This document shows, one piece after another, positions 1 through 9,464 of a DNA stretch of 64,000 nucleotides. Source of the DNA: Ruminococcaceae bacterium UBA1730 (GTDB lineage Bacteria > Bacillota > Clostridia > Oscillospirales > Acutalibacteraceae); NCBI GenBank assembly GCA_002315935.1, contig DCII01000017.1, forward strand, positions 10,999 through 74,998. Direction: 5' to 3'. How positions within the stretch are numbered: the stretch's first letter is position 1; every line of letters starts with the position of its first letter. The notes below the pieces were generated by a model, which saw only the letters and a program-made list of their open reading frames with translations, was not told the origin of the DNA and did no database searches. The position numbers were made by a program, and so were the translations under genes.

Positions 1-1171
1 GATAAGAACAGCACTCCTTGCAATATTTTTCGGCGGATTTCATAAGCTCCTCCGAGGAAAGAGCACGGGGAACATCCGCCCTTGTCGCTATGAAAATTGA
101 GGCTTTTGAAGCAACTCTGCAAAGATATGATTCATAGTCCTTATCAGCCATCATCGAGGAAACCATAATTATTCTTTTGCCGTTAAAATACTTATTTATA
201 TATGCTTCCACGGCTTTTGCACAGCCTTCGTTATGACCTCCGTCAAGAATGGTTATGGGTTTTCTGCTGACAAGCTCAAGCCTTGCCGGCATGGATGAAT
301 CGGCTATCCCACTGATTATTTCTTCATCGGAAATATTAATATTATACACAGACAAGGCTCTGACAGCTTCAATTGCAGTGCAGGCATTATAAACCATATG
401 TTTACCTGCAAGAGGAATTTTAAACCTTATTTCGTCATAAACTGCCGTTGTGCCGTCAAATTCTTCCGCTTCAAAAACAATTTTCGATATATCCGGAACG
501 ATAAGCCTGTTATTCATTTCGGAGCATTTTGAGTCAATAACCTCCGAAGCTTCTTTTAATTGGAGCGGATAAGAAACGGTAACGGAATTCCTCTTGATTA
601 TTCCGCATTTTTCGAACGCAATTTTTTCGATTGTGTCTCCGAGAATTGCGGTATGGTCAAGAGAAATACTGACTATTGCACTGACAAGCGGTTTTTCAAT
701 AATGTTCGTTGCATCAAATCTTCCGCCGAGACCGACTTCAAGCACGACGAAATCGCAGTTGACTGCTTCGTAATAAACAAATGCCGTTGCCGTCAGAGCT
801 TCAAATTCGGTTGGCTGAATTCCCTGCGGAAGAAGAACATTATCTATTGCCGACTTAACCCTTTCAACGGCTTTCGCAAGCTCTTCCCTTTCAATCATTC
901 TGCCGTTAAGCTGAATTCTTTCTCTGAAATCCGAAACATAGGGAGAAATATAAAGCCCGACATTATATCCCGATGCAATGAGAATATTGGAAATCATGGT
1001 TGAGGTTGAGCCTTTGCCGTTTGTGCCGGCAACATGAATAACCTTCAGATTTTTCTGCGGATTTCCGAGTGCTTCGCACAAAGCACCGATTTTCTCAAGA
1101 CCGGGCTGAATGCCGAATTTTTCAAGAGAATGGATATAATTTATTGCTTCCTCGCAATTCACAAAAATCAT
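1..1171 (-). CDS. folC: Bifunctional folylpolyglutamate synthase/dihydrofolate synthase; 3' end runs off the window
   Basis: Not in the ORF track because there is no stop in the window. Manual translation of the reverse strand gives MIFVNCEEAINYIHSLEKFGIQPGLEKI...VIHVAGTNGKGSTSTM...LEVGLGGRFDATN...ISLDHTAILG. Start is ATG 1171 or GTG 1162. Classic position downstream of valS. Confidence 0.93.
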   Translation of the reverse strand, partial: MIFVNCEEAINYIHSLEKFGIQPGLEKIGALCEALGNPQKNLKVIHVAGTNGKGSTSTMISNILIASGYNVGLYISPYVSDFRERIQLNGRMIEREELAKAVERVKSAIDNVLLPQGIQPTEFEALTATAFVYYEAVNCDFVVLEVGLGGRFDATNIIEKPLVSAIVSISLDHTAILGDTIEKIAFEKCGIIKRNSVTVSYPLQLKEASEVIDSKCSEMNNRLIVPDISKIVFEAEEFDGTTAVYDEIRFKIPLAGKHMVYNACTAIEAVRALSVYNINISDEEIISGIADSSMPARLELVSRKPITILDGGHNEGCAKAVEAYINKYFNGKRIIMVSSMMADKDYESYLCRVASKASIFIATRADVPRALSSEELMKSAEKYCKECCSY

Positions 1172-1180
1172 CGCCTTTAT

Positions 1181-1206
1181 TAAAAGCCCGAAGAAACCTT
1201 CGGGCT
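1181..1206 (-). terminator. Intrinsic terminator between valS and folC
   Basis: 9-bp perfect stem agcccgaag/cttcgggct with a 4-nt loop, followed by TTTTA on the minus strand. Confidence 0.65.
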
Positions 1207-1213
1207 CATAGTT

Positions 1214-3904
1214 TTAACCTAATTTTGCGATGCTTTCATTGAGCATTGCAATTTTTTCTTCATACTTTGCCTTTGCTTCCTTCTGTGCTTCAACAACGGC
1301 GGCAGGAGCTCTTGAAACAAAGTTTTCGTTTGAAAGTTTATTGTTGACGAAATCAAGGTCCTTCTGAACTGCGGCAAGCTCCTTTGCAAGCCTTGCCTTT
1401 TCAGCTTCAAAATCAACAAGCTCACCCATCGGAATATAAATCTTTGCATCGGCAGTAACGATGCTTACCGCACCCTCGATTTCAAATGAATCGGCAATTT
1501 CAACCTCGGAAGCGGAAGCAAGTCTCTGCATGAAAACTCCGCCCTTTTCAAAGGTATTTTTATATGCGGTTGCAATATAAACCTTTGCCTTCTTTGAGGG
1601 AGCAACATTCATTTCCGTTCTGCGATTTCTGATTGCACGGACTGCAACCATGATTCTTTCCATTTCGGCTTCTTCGGCTTCAAAGGTAAATTCTTCTTTG
1701 TATTCTGGCCAGTTGGAAATCATGATTGATTCGCCTTCGTGAGGAAGAGTCTGCCAGATTTCTTCCGTGATAAACGGCATAAACGGATGAAGAAGCTTAA
1801 GTGTGTTGCTCATTACCCAAACAAGCACCTGCTTTGCGGCTCTTGCGTTTTCGTCATTATTCTGAAGTCTGATTTTTGCAATTTCGATATACCAATCGCA
1901 GAAAACATCCCAGATGAAATCATAAAGCTTTGCAACCGCCATACCAAGCTCAAACTTTTCAAGGTTATCGGTAACCTCCTTAACAAGAGTGTTATAAAGG
2001 CTGATTACCCATTTATCCTCAAGAGCAAGCTTTTCGGGAAGCTCGCATGGAATATCTTCATCGCCGATATTCATGAGAATAAATCTTGAAGCGTTCCAGA
2101 TTTTATTTGCAAAGTTACGGCTTGCGTTGACCTTTTCATCGGAAAATCTCATATCGTTTCCGGGGCTGTTACCGGTTGCAAGAGTAAATCTCAGAGCATC
2201 AGCACCATATTGGTCAATAATTTCAAGAGGGTCAATACCGTTGCCGAGTGACTTTGACATCTTTCTGCCCTGTGCATCTCTGACAAGTCCGTGAATGAGA
2301 ACCGTGTCAAACGGAGCTTTATCGGTATATTTGAGAGCGGAGAATATCATTCTGCTTACCCAGAAGCCGATAATGTCATAGCCTGTAACAAGAGTATTGG
2401 TCGGATAATAATGCTTAAGCTCGGGAGTATCGTCAGGCCAACCGAGGGTTGAGAATGGCCAGAGAGCTGATGAGAACCAGGTATCAAGAGTATCTGAATC
2501 CTGCTCAATCTTACCGCCGCAATGGGGGCACTTATCAATATCAGTTTTTGAAACGGTCATTTTGCCGCAATCCTGGCAATACCATGCAGGAATACGGTGA
2601 CCCCACCAGAGCTGACGGGAGATACACCAGTCACGGGTTCCTCTCATCCAGTTCATATAGTTCTTTGTAAATCTTTCGGGGATAAACTTTGTTTCGCCCT
2701 TTTCAACAGATTCAATTGCAGGACCTGCAAGAGGATCCATGCGAACAAACCACTGCTTTGAAACCATAGGCTCAATGCTTGTGTGGCAACGGTAGCAGGT
2801 TCCGACCTCGTGCTTGAGAGGTTCGATATATTTGATATATCCGCCTGCTTCAAGGTCTGCAAGAATAGCTTTTCTTGCTTCCATTGTTGTCATTCCCGCA
2901 TATTTGCCGCAATCAAGAACCTCGGGTTCATCTGCTGATGCCTTGCCGCTTGCGATATATTCATCAGCCTCAGCCTTATCAGCCGCACCCGTAAGGTGAC
3001 CGTCATAGGTGAAGGTTCTTACAACGGGGAGATTATGACGCTTTCCGACCTCAAAGTCGTTGGGGTCATGGGCAGGTGTAATCTTAACAACACCCGTTCC
3101 CTTGGTCATATCGGCGTGTTCATCACAGACGATGGGAATTTCCTTATTAAGAAGAGGAAGGATAACATGGCATCCGTGAAGATGCTTATATCTTTCGTCT
3201 TCGCCGTTGATTGCAACTGCTGTATCACCGAGCATTGTTTCGGGTCTTGTTGTTGCAAGCTCAAGCTGTTCGCCTGTTTCTTTAACAGTATAAAGAAGAT
3301 GCCAGAAATTGCTGTCCTTTTCTTCGTATTCAACCTCTGCATCCGAAATTGAAGTGTTGCAGCAGGGGCACCAGTTAACCATACGGTTGCCTCTGTAAAT
3401 GAGATCTTCTTCATAAAGGCGGCAGAAAACTTCTCTGACTGCTTTGCTGCATCCTTCATCAAGAGTGAATCTTGTTCTGTCCCAGTCGCAGGAGGAACCG
3501 AGCTTTTTAAGCTGTTCAATGATTCTTCCGCCGTACTGTTCCTTCCATTCCCACGCTCTCTTGAGGAAGCCTTCTCTGCCGAGGTCTTCCTTTGAAATAC
3601 CTTCTTCTCTCATTGTTGCAACGATTTTTGCTTCTGTTGCAATTGAAGCATGGTCCGTTCCGGGAAGCCAGAGAGTGTCAAAACCCTGCATTCTTCTCCA
3701 ACGGATAAGAATATCCTGAAGAGTATTATCAAGAGCATGACCCATATGAAGCTGACCGGTTATATTCGGAGGGGGAATAACAATCGTATAGGGCTTTTTG
3801 TCGTTTTCGACCTTGGCATGAAAATATCTGCCCTTAAGCCATGATTCATAGATACGGTCTTCAACATTTTTCGGATCGTACTGTTTAGCAAGTTCTTTTG
3901 CCAT
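1214..3904 (-). CDS. valS: Valine--tRNA ligase
   Basis: PPPNITGQLHMGH (HIGH), KMSKS, DTWFSS and a C-terminal coiled coil. True start is MAKELAKQYDP at 3904 (RBS AAGGAAG); the ORF-track extension to 4081 is spurious. Confidence 0.98.
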   Translation of the reverse strand: MAKELAKQYDPKNVEDRIYESWLKGRYFHAKVENDKKPYTIVIPPPNITGQLHMGHALDNTLQDILIRWRRMQGFDTLWLPGTDHASIATEAKIVATMREEGISKEDLGREGFLKRAWEWKEQYGGRIIEQLKKLGSSCDWDRTRFTLDEGCSKAVREVFCRLYEEDLIYRGNRMVNWCPCCNTSISDAEVEYEEKDSNFWHLLYTVKETGEQLELATTRPETMLGDTAVAINGEDERYKHLHGCHVILPLLNKEIPIVCDEHADMTKGTGVVKITPAHDPNDFEVGKRHNLPVVRTFTYDGHLTGAADKAEADEYIASGKASADEPEVLDCGKYAGMTTMEARKAILADLEAGGYIKYIEPLKHEVGTCYRCHTSIEPMVSKQWFVRMDPLAGPAIESVEKGETKFIPERFTKNYMNWMRGTRDWCISRQLWWGHRIPAWYCQDCGKMTVSKTDIDKCPHCGGKIEQDSDTLDTWFSSALWPFSTLGWPDDTPELKHYYPTNTLVTGYDIIGFWVSRMIFSALKYTDKAPFDTVLIHGLVRDAQGRKMSKSLGNGIDPLEIIDQYGADALRFTLATGNSPGNDMRFSDEKVNASRNFANKIWNASRFILMNIGDEDIPCELPEKLALEDKWVISLYNTLVKEVTDNLEKFELGMAVAKLYDFIWDVFCDWYIEIAKIRLQNNDENARAAKQVLVWVMSNTLKLLHPFMPFITEEIWQTLPHEGESIMISNWPEYKEEFTFEAEEAEMERIMVAVRAIRNRRTEMNVAPSKKAKVYIATAYKNTFEKGGVFMQRLASASEVEIADSFEIEGAVSIVTADAKIYIPMGELVDFEAEKARLAKELAAVQKDLDFVNNKLSNENFVSRAPAAVVEAQKEAKAKYEEKIAMLNESIAKLG

Positions 3905-3938
3905 GTTGAATCTTCCTTTATTATATAAAATTGTTATG

Positions 3939-3967
3939 ATTTTAGCATATTGAACAATTATTGTCAA
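3939..3967 (-). promoter_or_regulatory. sigma-A promoter of valS
   Basis: Minus strand TTGACA-17 nt-TAAAAT, about 35 nt upstream of the start codon. Confidence 0.7.
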
Positions 3968-4004
3968 TATAATTTTAACCATATAAACATAAAGTGGTGA
4001 TAAT

Positions 4005-5375
4005 TTGAGTTCACTTGCAAAAAACACAGCAATAATGACAGTTGTAAATTTTCTGATGAGAATTATTTCCGTCAGCTTCAACGCATATCTTACATCGGTT
4101 ATCGGCTCTTCCGGGATGGGTCTTTTTCAGCTAATCATGACCGTTTACGGTCTTGCGGTTACATTTTCATGTGCAGGAATAAGACTTTCGGCAACAAGAG
4201 TTATTACGGAAGCATCGTTCGGAAATAAATATGACTCCAACAAAACATTCAACAAATGTATAGAATATGTTATTTTTTTCGGAATTCTCGCTTCGTTGAT
4301 ACTGTATTTTCTTTCGGAATTCATCAGCAAAAGATTTATCGGAGACATTAGTTGCACTTCATCGCTGAAAATTCTTTCAATCAGTCTGCCGTTTGTTGCC
4401 GTCAACGCGGCATTCAGCGGTTATTTTACGGCAAAGGAACAGATACCGCAATATTCGGTTATTCTGCTGACCGAACAGATTTCAAGAATAATAATCATTG
4501 TTGCAATTCTGAAAAAAAATCCCGAGATAAATGACTATCCTGTTGTTATTGTTATCGGAATGACTACCGCAGAAATAATATCATTTATTCTTGCAAAAGC
4601 CTTCAAATCCTGTGTTTCCTCAAAGACTTCATCACTGCCGTCAATAAATATGAAGGAAATAATCAGAATTGCTTTTCCCGATGCTTCGGGCACTCTTTTC
4701 AGAAGCCTGCTTCTGACTGTTGAGCATCTGATGATTCCGAAGGGATTTGAAAAATCGGGCAAAAACCTTGAAAATTCACTTTCGGCATACGGAAATATTC
4801 ACGGAATTGCATTGCCGATTATCCTTTTTCCCTGTGCAGTTCTCAATTCTCTTTCCGCACTTATTATTCCGGAGCTTGCAAAAATGAAGGAATTCAACAG
4901 CAGAGAGCTTATAAACAAAACGGTTAAACGCAATCTGAAGCTTACATTATTCTACTCCCTCGCCTGCTTCGCAATCTGTTTTCTCGGAGCACCGTTATTA
5001 TCAAATATCATCTATAAAACAGACGAAGCAGTGCAGTATATCAGAATACTTGCACCGCTTATTCCCGTAATGTATATGGATACCGTGACTGACGGAATGC
5101 TTAAAGGGCTTGATAAACAATTCAGTTCCATGATTTATAACATTATAGATTCATTGATTTGCGTAATTCTCGTTTATTTTCTTCTGCCGCTTTATTCCGT
5201 CAAGGGTTATATTTTCATTCTGTATATCAGTGAAATTATCAATTTCACTTTGAGCTTTTCAAAGCTTGCCGAAACCTGCGAAATCAGATTTCAGAAAGAA
5301 TTTTCAAAAGGAAGCTCCATGTCCGCTGAACGGAAGCGATATTCAGCCTTTCGCAGGGAGTATGAATATCAATAA
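4005..5375 (+). CDS. SpoVB/MurJ-like (MOP superfamily) polysaccharide/lipid II flippase
   Basis: TTG start; MSSLAKNTAIMTVVNFLMRIISVSFNAYLTSVIGSSGMGLFQL N-terminus typical of the SpoVB family; about 12 hydrophobic segments; YMDTVTDGMLKGL motif. Confidence 0.8.
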   Translation: MSSLAKNTAIMTVVNFLMRIISVSFNAYLTSVIGSSGMGLFQLIMTVYGLAVTFSCAGIRLSATRVITEASFGNKYDSNKTFNKCIEYVIFFGILASLILYFLSEFISKRFIGDISCTSSLKILSISLPFVAVNAAFSGYFTAKEQIPQYSVILLTEQISRIIIIVAILKKNPEINDYPVVIVIGMTTAEIISFILAKAFKSCVSSKTSSLPSINMKEIIRIAFPDASGTLFRSLLLTVEHLMIPKGFEKSGKNLENSLSAYGNIHGIALPIILFPCAVLNSLSALIIPELAKMKEFNSRELINKTVKRNLKLTLFYSLACFAICFLGAPLLSNIIYKTDEAVQYIRILAPLIPVMYMDTVTDGMLKGLDKQFSSMIYNIIDSLICVILVYFLLPLYSVKGYIFILYISEIINFTLSFSKLAETCEIRFQKEFSKGSSMSAERKRYSAFRREYEYQ

Positions 5376-6690
5376 TATCGGGACCAACAGAAACCGCATC
5401 AAGCCCCTTGATTTTTTCGCAGAATAATCCGCATTCAAGACCTGCATGGATAACTGAAACATTCAGTTCCTTTCTGAACATTTTTTTATAAATCGAGACA
5501 ATCTTATCTCTGAAATCGGAATTCCTTCTGAATTCCCATGCAGGATACCTGCCGTAATCGCTGAATTTTGCGTTGTAATTCTTTGCGATATTTTTCAGCT
5601 CGTCAATCAGAGCTTCTTTCTTATCATTAACAGAGCTTCTGACGGAAAATGTTAATCTGATGCAATCCTCCTTTGATTTGATAATGCCGAGATTCAGCGA
5701 GGTTTCAACAAGCCCGTCAATATCCTCGCTCATGGAAATAACACCGTTCGGAAGCTCATTTATCATAGAAATTATTTTTTGTGAATCTTCTTTCGAATAA
5801 TGAAATTCGGATAAACATTCTTCAACAGAAAAATCAACGAAGGGTTCTTTGAATTTATATTCATTCAAAATATTGTTCACATCTTTGATTTCATCTGCAA
5901 TAATAACGGCAGTGCAGCTTCTTGTTATGGCGTTATCCATAGTACCGCCGTTGATGCTGACCAATTCAACACTATCCGAAATTTCCGAAAGAATTCTGCC
6001 CATAACCTTGTTGGCATTGGCATATCCCATATGGATTTCAGCACCCGAATGACCACCGTGAAGACCCTTTAACGAAAGTCTGTAAGCGGACCTTTTTTCA
6101 AAAACCTTTTCGCAGGAAACTTTAATTTCAGCTCTTGCACCACCTGCACAGCCTGCAAGAAGCGTTCCCTCCTCTTCGGAATCAAGATTAATCAATCTTC
6201 TGCTGTAAAGCTTTGAAGCGTCAAGCTCATACGCTCCCGTCATGCCGACCTCTTCGTCAACAGTAAAAAGAACCTCAAGCGGAGGATGGATAATATCATC
6301 ATCCTCAAGCAATGCAAGACCCATTGCAACAGCTATTCCGTCATCGCCGCCGAGAGTAGTTCCTTCTGCAAAGATAAATTCCTCATCATGCTTGAGCCTC
6401 AGACCTTCGTTTTCAAAATCAATATCGCAATCGGAGGTCTTCTCCCAGACCATATCAAGATGACCCTGAATTATAACAGGCTCAAGAGATTTACAGCCTG
6501 CACTTGCTTCCTTTTTTATAATGATATTGCCGCATTTTTCACGGATATATTCAAGCTCATGAGCAACTGCAAATTTTTCGCAGTAATCTGTTATGGCTTC
6601 GGTATTATTTGAACCTCTCGGAATTGACGAAATTTCTTCAAAAAAATGAAAAACTCTTTCAGGCTCAATGTTTTTGAGAATCTCTGACAT
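5284..6690 (-). CDS. pepD: Aminoacyl-histidine dipeptidase (M20 family)
   Basis: QGHLDMV, TTLGGDDGIAV, DEEVGM, NLDSEEEG, HAGLECG and DIHTP metal-binding motifs. Confidence 0.93.
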   Translation of the reverse strand: MSEILKNIEPERVFHFFEEISSIPRGSNNTEAITDYCEKFAVAHELEYIREKCGNIIIKKEASAGCKSLEPVIIQGHLDMVWEKTSDCDIDFENEGLRLKHDEEFIFAEGTTLGGDDGIAVAMGLALLEDDDIIHPPLEVLFTVDEEVGMTGAYELDASKLYSRRLINLDSEEEGTLLAGCAGGARAEIKVSCEKVFEKRSAYRLSLKGLHGGHSGAEIHMGYANANKVMGRILSEISDSVELVSINGGTMDNAITRSCTAVIIADEIKDVNNILNEYKFKEPFVDFSVEECLSEFHYSKEDSQKIISMINELPNGVISMSEDIDGLVETSLNLGIIKSKEDCIRLTFSVRSSVNDKKEALIDELKNIAKNYNAKFSDYGRYPAWEFRRNSDFRDKIVSIYKKMFRKELNVSVIHAGLECGLFCEKIKGLDAVSVGPDIIDIHTPCERLNIASVQRTWSFLLKILSEI

Positions 6691-6876
6691 TCTATCATCC
6701 CCTTATGCATTTCATTTTAGCATAAATCCGAAAAAAAGCAATTACTAATTTTTCATCTGTATAATTATAACAGTATATGCAATTTTTACATTTTGTGAAA
6801 TGTTACAAGAATAATTAACATCAACGCCGCTGATTTGTAAAACTAAAAAAAATTAAAAAATATCGTAAAAAAATAT

Positions 6877-6905
6877 TTGACACAAAAAAAACACGGTGAT
6901 ATAAT
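6877..6905 (+). promoter_or_regulatory. Consensus sigma-A promoter of gdhA
   Basis: TTGACA (6877-6882), 17 nt, TATAAT (6900-6905), with an extended -10 TGn. Confidence 0.8.
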
Positions 6906-6978
6906 GAAAAATCATAAAAAACAAGATTTGATGAGTCTGTTTTTTAATGCAATTTAATTGCGGAAGGATGTAATATCA

Positions 6979-8325
6979 ATGAATTATGTTGACAGCGTAT
7001 TGGAACAGTTGAAGACAAAATATGCAACTCAACCTGAATTTATTCAGACAGTTGAAGAAGTTCTCAACTCAATCAGACCCCTTATTGACAAGAACGAAAA
7101 GGTTTACAGAGAGAATGCAATTCTCGAAAGAATTACCGAACCCGACAGACAGATTTCTTTCAGAGTTACATGGGCTGATGATGAAGGCAATTATCATGTA
7201 AACACCGGTTACAGAGTTCAGTTCAACAATGCTATCGGTCCTTACAAGGGCGGCCTTCGTTTCCATCCCTCAGTTTATATCGGCATCATGAAGTTCCTCG
7301 GCTTCGAGCAGATTTTCAAGAACAGCCTTACCGGTCTTCCCATCGGCGGTGCAAAGGGCGGTTCAGACTTCGATCCCAGAGGCAAGAGCGATGCTGAAAT
7401 CATGAGATTCTGCCAGGCTTTCATGACAGAGCTTTACAGACACATCGGTCCTGATGTTGACGTTCCCGCAGGTGACATCGGCGTTGGCGGAAGAGAAATC
7501 GGCTATCTTTACGGTCAGTATAAGAGAATCAAGGGTGCATTCGAAAACGGTGTTCTTACCGGCAAGGGTATGCCCTACGGCGGTTCACTTATCAGACCCG
7601 AAGCAACAGGCTTCGGTGCAACATACTATGCAGCAGAAGTTCTCAAGCATTTCGGCGAAAGCATCGAAGGCAAGACCTTTGCTGTTTCAGGCTTCGGCAA
7701 TGTTGCATGGGGTGCAGTTTCAAAGATTACTGAGCTCGGCGGCAAGGTTGTTACAATTTCAGGTCCTGACGGATATGTTTATGATAAAGACGGCATCAAC
7801 ACTCCCGAAAAGATTGCTTTTATGCTTGAAATGAGATCATCAGGCAGAGACAAGGTTCAGGATTACGCTGATAAATTCGGCTGTGAATTCTTTGCAGGTC
7901 AGAAGCCCTGGGGCGTTAAGGTTGATGTTGTTATGCCTTGTGCAACTCAGAATGAAGTTAACATGGAAGAAGCAAAGAAGATTGTTGCTAACGGCGTTCC
8001 TTATTACATTGAGGTTTCAAATATGCCCACAACAAATGATGCTCTTGCTTTCCTCAAGGAAAACTGCAAGGTTGTTGCTCCTTCAAAGGCAGTTAACGCA
8101 GGCGGCGTTTCGGTTTCAGCTCTTGAAATGAGCCAGAACTCAATGAGATATTCATGGACAGCAGAAGAAGTTGACGCTAAGCTTAAGCAGATCATGAAGG
8201 ATATTCATGACAACTCCGCTGCCGCATCAGAGAAATACGGCCTTGGTTATGACCTTGTTGCAGGTGCAAACATCGCCGGCTTCGAAAAGGTTGCCAATGC
8301 AATGATTGCTCAGGGTATTTCATAA
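6979..8325 (+). CDS. gdhA: NADP-specific glutamate dehydrogenase
   Basis: GPYKGGLRFHP, GGAKGGSDF, DVPAGDIGVG, RPEATG, GFGNVA. Start ATG 6979 after GGAAGG. Confidence 0.97.
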   Translation: MNYVDSVLEQLKTKYATQPEFIQTVEEVLNSIRPLIDKNEKVYRENAILERITEPDRQISFRVTWADDEGNYHVNTGYRVQFNNAIGPYKGGLRFHPSVYIGIMKFLGFEQIFKNSLTGLPIGGAKGGSDFDPRGKSDAEIMRFCQAFMTELYRHIGPDVDVPAGDIGVGGREIGYLYGQYKRIKGAFENGVLTGKGMPYGGSLIRPEATGFGATYYAAEVLKHFGESIEGKTFAVSGFGNVAWGAVSKITELGGKVVTISGPDGYVYDKDGINTPEKIAFMLEMRSSGRDKVQDYADKFGCEFFAGQKPWGVKVDVVMPCATQNEVNMEEAKKIVANGVPYYIEVSNMPTTNDALAFLKENCKVVAPSKAVNAGGVSVSALEMSQNSMRYSWTAEEVDAKLKQIMKDIHDNSAAASEKYGLGYDLVAGANIAGFEKVANAMIAQGIS

Positions 8326-8342
8326 TAGAAGCATAAAAATTC

Positions 8343-8376
8343 GGACTGTTCACAAATTCGTGAGCAGTCCTTTTTT
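8343..8376 (+). terminator. Intrinsic terminator after gdhA
   Basis: ggactgttcac/gtgagcagtcc stem followed by T6. Confidence 0.8.
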
Positions 8377-9416
8377 CATACGCAATATAAGTTCATATCC
8401 CAGCAGGGAATATACGGATGACGCCTGATATGTATTTTATAATCGGGATTAATTGATTTTATCAGAAGCGGAAGTCTGAAAACATCCTTGCTTCTGTGAT
8501 AAAGAGCGATATTCAGCTTCGGTTTAAAACTCCTAAGAACATTCTTTCCGCCGATTATTGCCTCATATTCAGCTCCCTCAACATCCATTTTGATATACGA
8601 AAACGGTTTGTTTAAATCGTCAACGGTAATTGATTCAACCTCTTTTCCTTTATCGGAAATAGTTGATTGCCTTCCTGCGGCAGAATCAAAATGAATTACG
8701 CCGGATTGCGAATAGATTGCTTTATTGATATTTTCGCAATTCAAAAGACCTTCGTTATGAATGCAAAGCTTTTTGAAGGTTTTATTATCGGGTTCAACAG
8801 CGGTTATCGAATTGTATCTTCCGTTTGAATAATGAAGAAGCTCGTCAACTGTGTCACCTTTATAAGCTCCCAAATCAAGATAATTTTCACTTTCATTCAG
8901 CTTGAATATTCCATTGAAAATTTCGTCTTTATCGCTCGTGACTGATTTGAGAGCTCCAAGATTTCCGCCAAACATGAAGTCAAGACAGCCGGCATAAATA
9001 CACTTTGACTCATCTTCAATTGCTTCATATGCTTTTTCAATTTCTTCTGAATATTTTTCGATGAATTCACGGTTAAAAATCTCATCGCCGAAAACAGGAA
9101 CAACAGGAACAATAACATTATATTCTTCCGAAAGAGAATAAATATGATTCATAACCTCGGGAATTGATGAAGCAAATGCAACTGCAATTATGAACTCACC
9201 TTCAAATTCAGAAAGCTTTTTGACCTTGAAGCCTCTGAAAATCTGACCTCTGATGAAAGCATCACTTGCGGTCACACCCTTGATTTCAATTCCGAGACGG
9301 TTGAATTCATCAATAACCTTATCTGCACCATTGCCCATTCCGTAGATAACAACAGGCAGATTGCTGCTTTTTATCTTTTCCCATGAGGATTCTTTTTCTC
9401 TCATAAAATCAAGCAT
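8376..9416 (-). CDS. FkbM-family SAM-dependent methyltransferase with N-terminal Rossmann-like segment
   Basis: YLDLGAYKGD, AVEPD, YIKMDVEGAE motifs; N-terminal IYGMGNG. Confidence 0.85.
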   Translation of the reverse strand: MLDFMREKESSWEKIKSSNLPVVIYGMGNGADKVIDEFNRLGIEIKGVTASDAFIRGQIFRGFKVKKLSEFEGEFIIAVAFASSIPEVMNHIYSLSEEYNVIVPVVPVFGDEIFNREFIEKYSEEIEKAYEAIEDESKCIYAGCLDFMFGGNLGALKSVTSDKDEIFNGIFKLNESENYLDLGAYKGDTVDELLHYSNGRYNSITAVEPDNKTFKKLCIHNEGLLNCENINKAIYSQSGVIHFDSAAGRQSTISDKGKEVESITVDDLNKPFSYIKMDVEGAEYEAIIGGKNVLRSFKPKLNIALYHRSKDVFRLPLLIKSINPDYKIHIRRHPYIPCWDMNLYCV

Positions 9417-9464
9417 AATTACTCCCGAAAAGAAGCTCTGCCAAAAATGACAGAGCTTGAATTT

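Noticed and set aside
560-1003. 147-aa plus-strand ORF, and the many other short ORFs nested in long genes
   Set aside because: Antisense or out-of-frame shadows of well-supported genes (here folC); no RBS or recognisable motifs
1-1171. folC as a pseudogene
   Set aside because: It is missing from the ORF track only because it runs off the window edge; the parts I translated are intact and carry the expected motifs
3905-4081. 59-aa N-terminal extension of ValS (likewise the extended starts of cdd, cotJC, the second ABC half and the ceramidase-like gene)
   Set aside because: Longest-ORF artefacts; downstream starts have proper RBSs and family-typical N-termini
6793-6808. TTGTGAAATGTTACAA palindrome upstream of gdhA as a Rex, cre or GlnR site
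   Set aside because: Spacing or central bases do not fit any of these consensuses well enough
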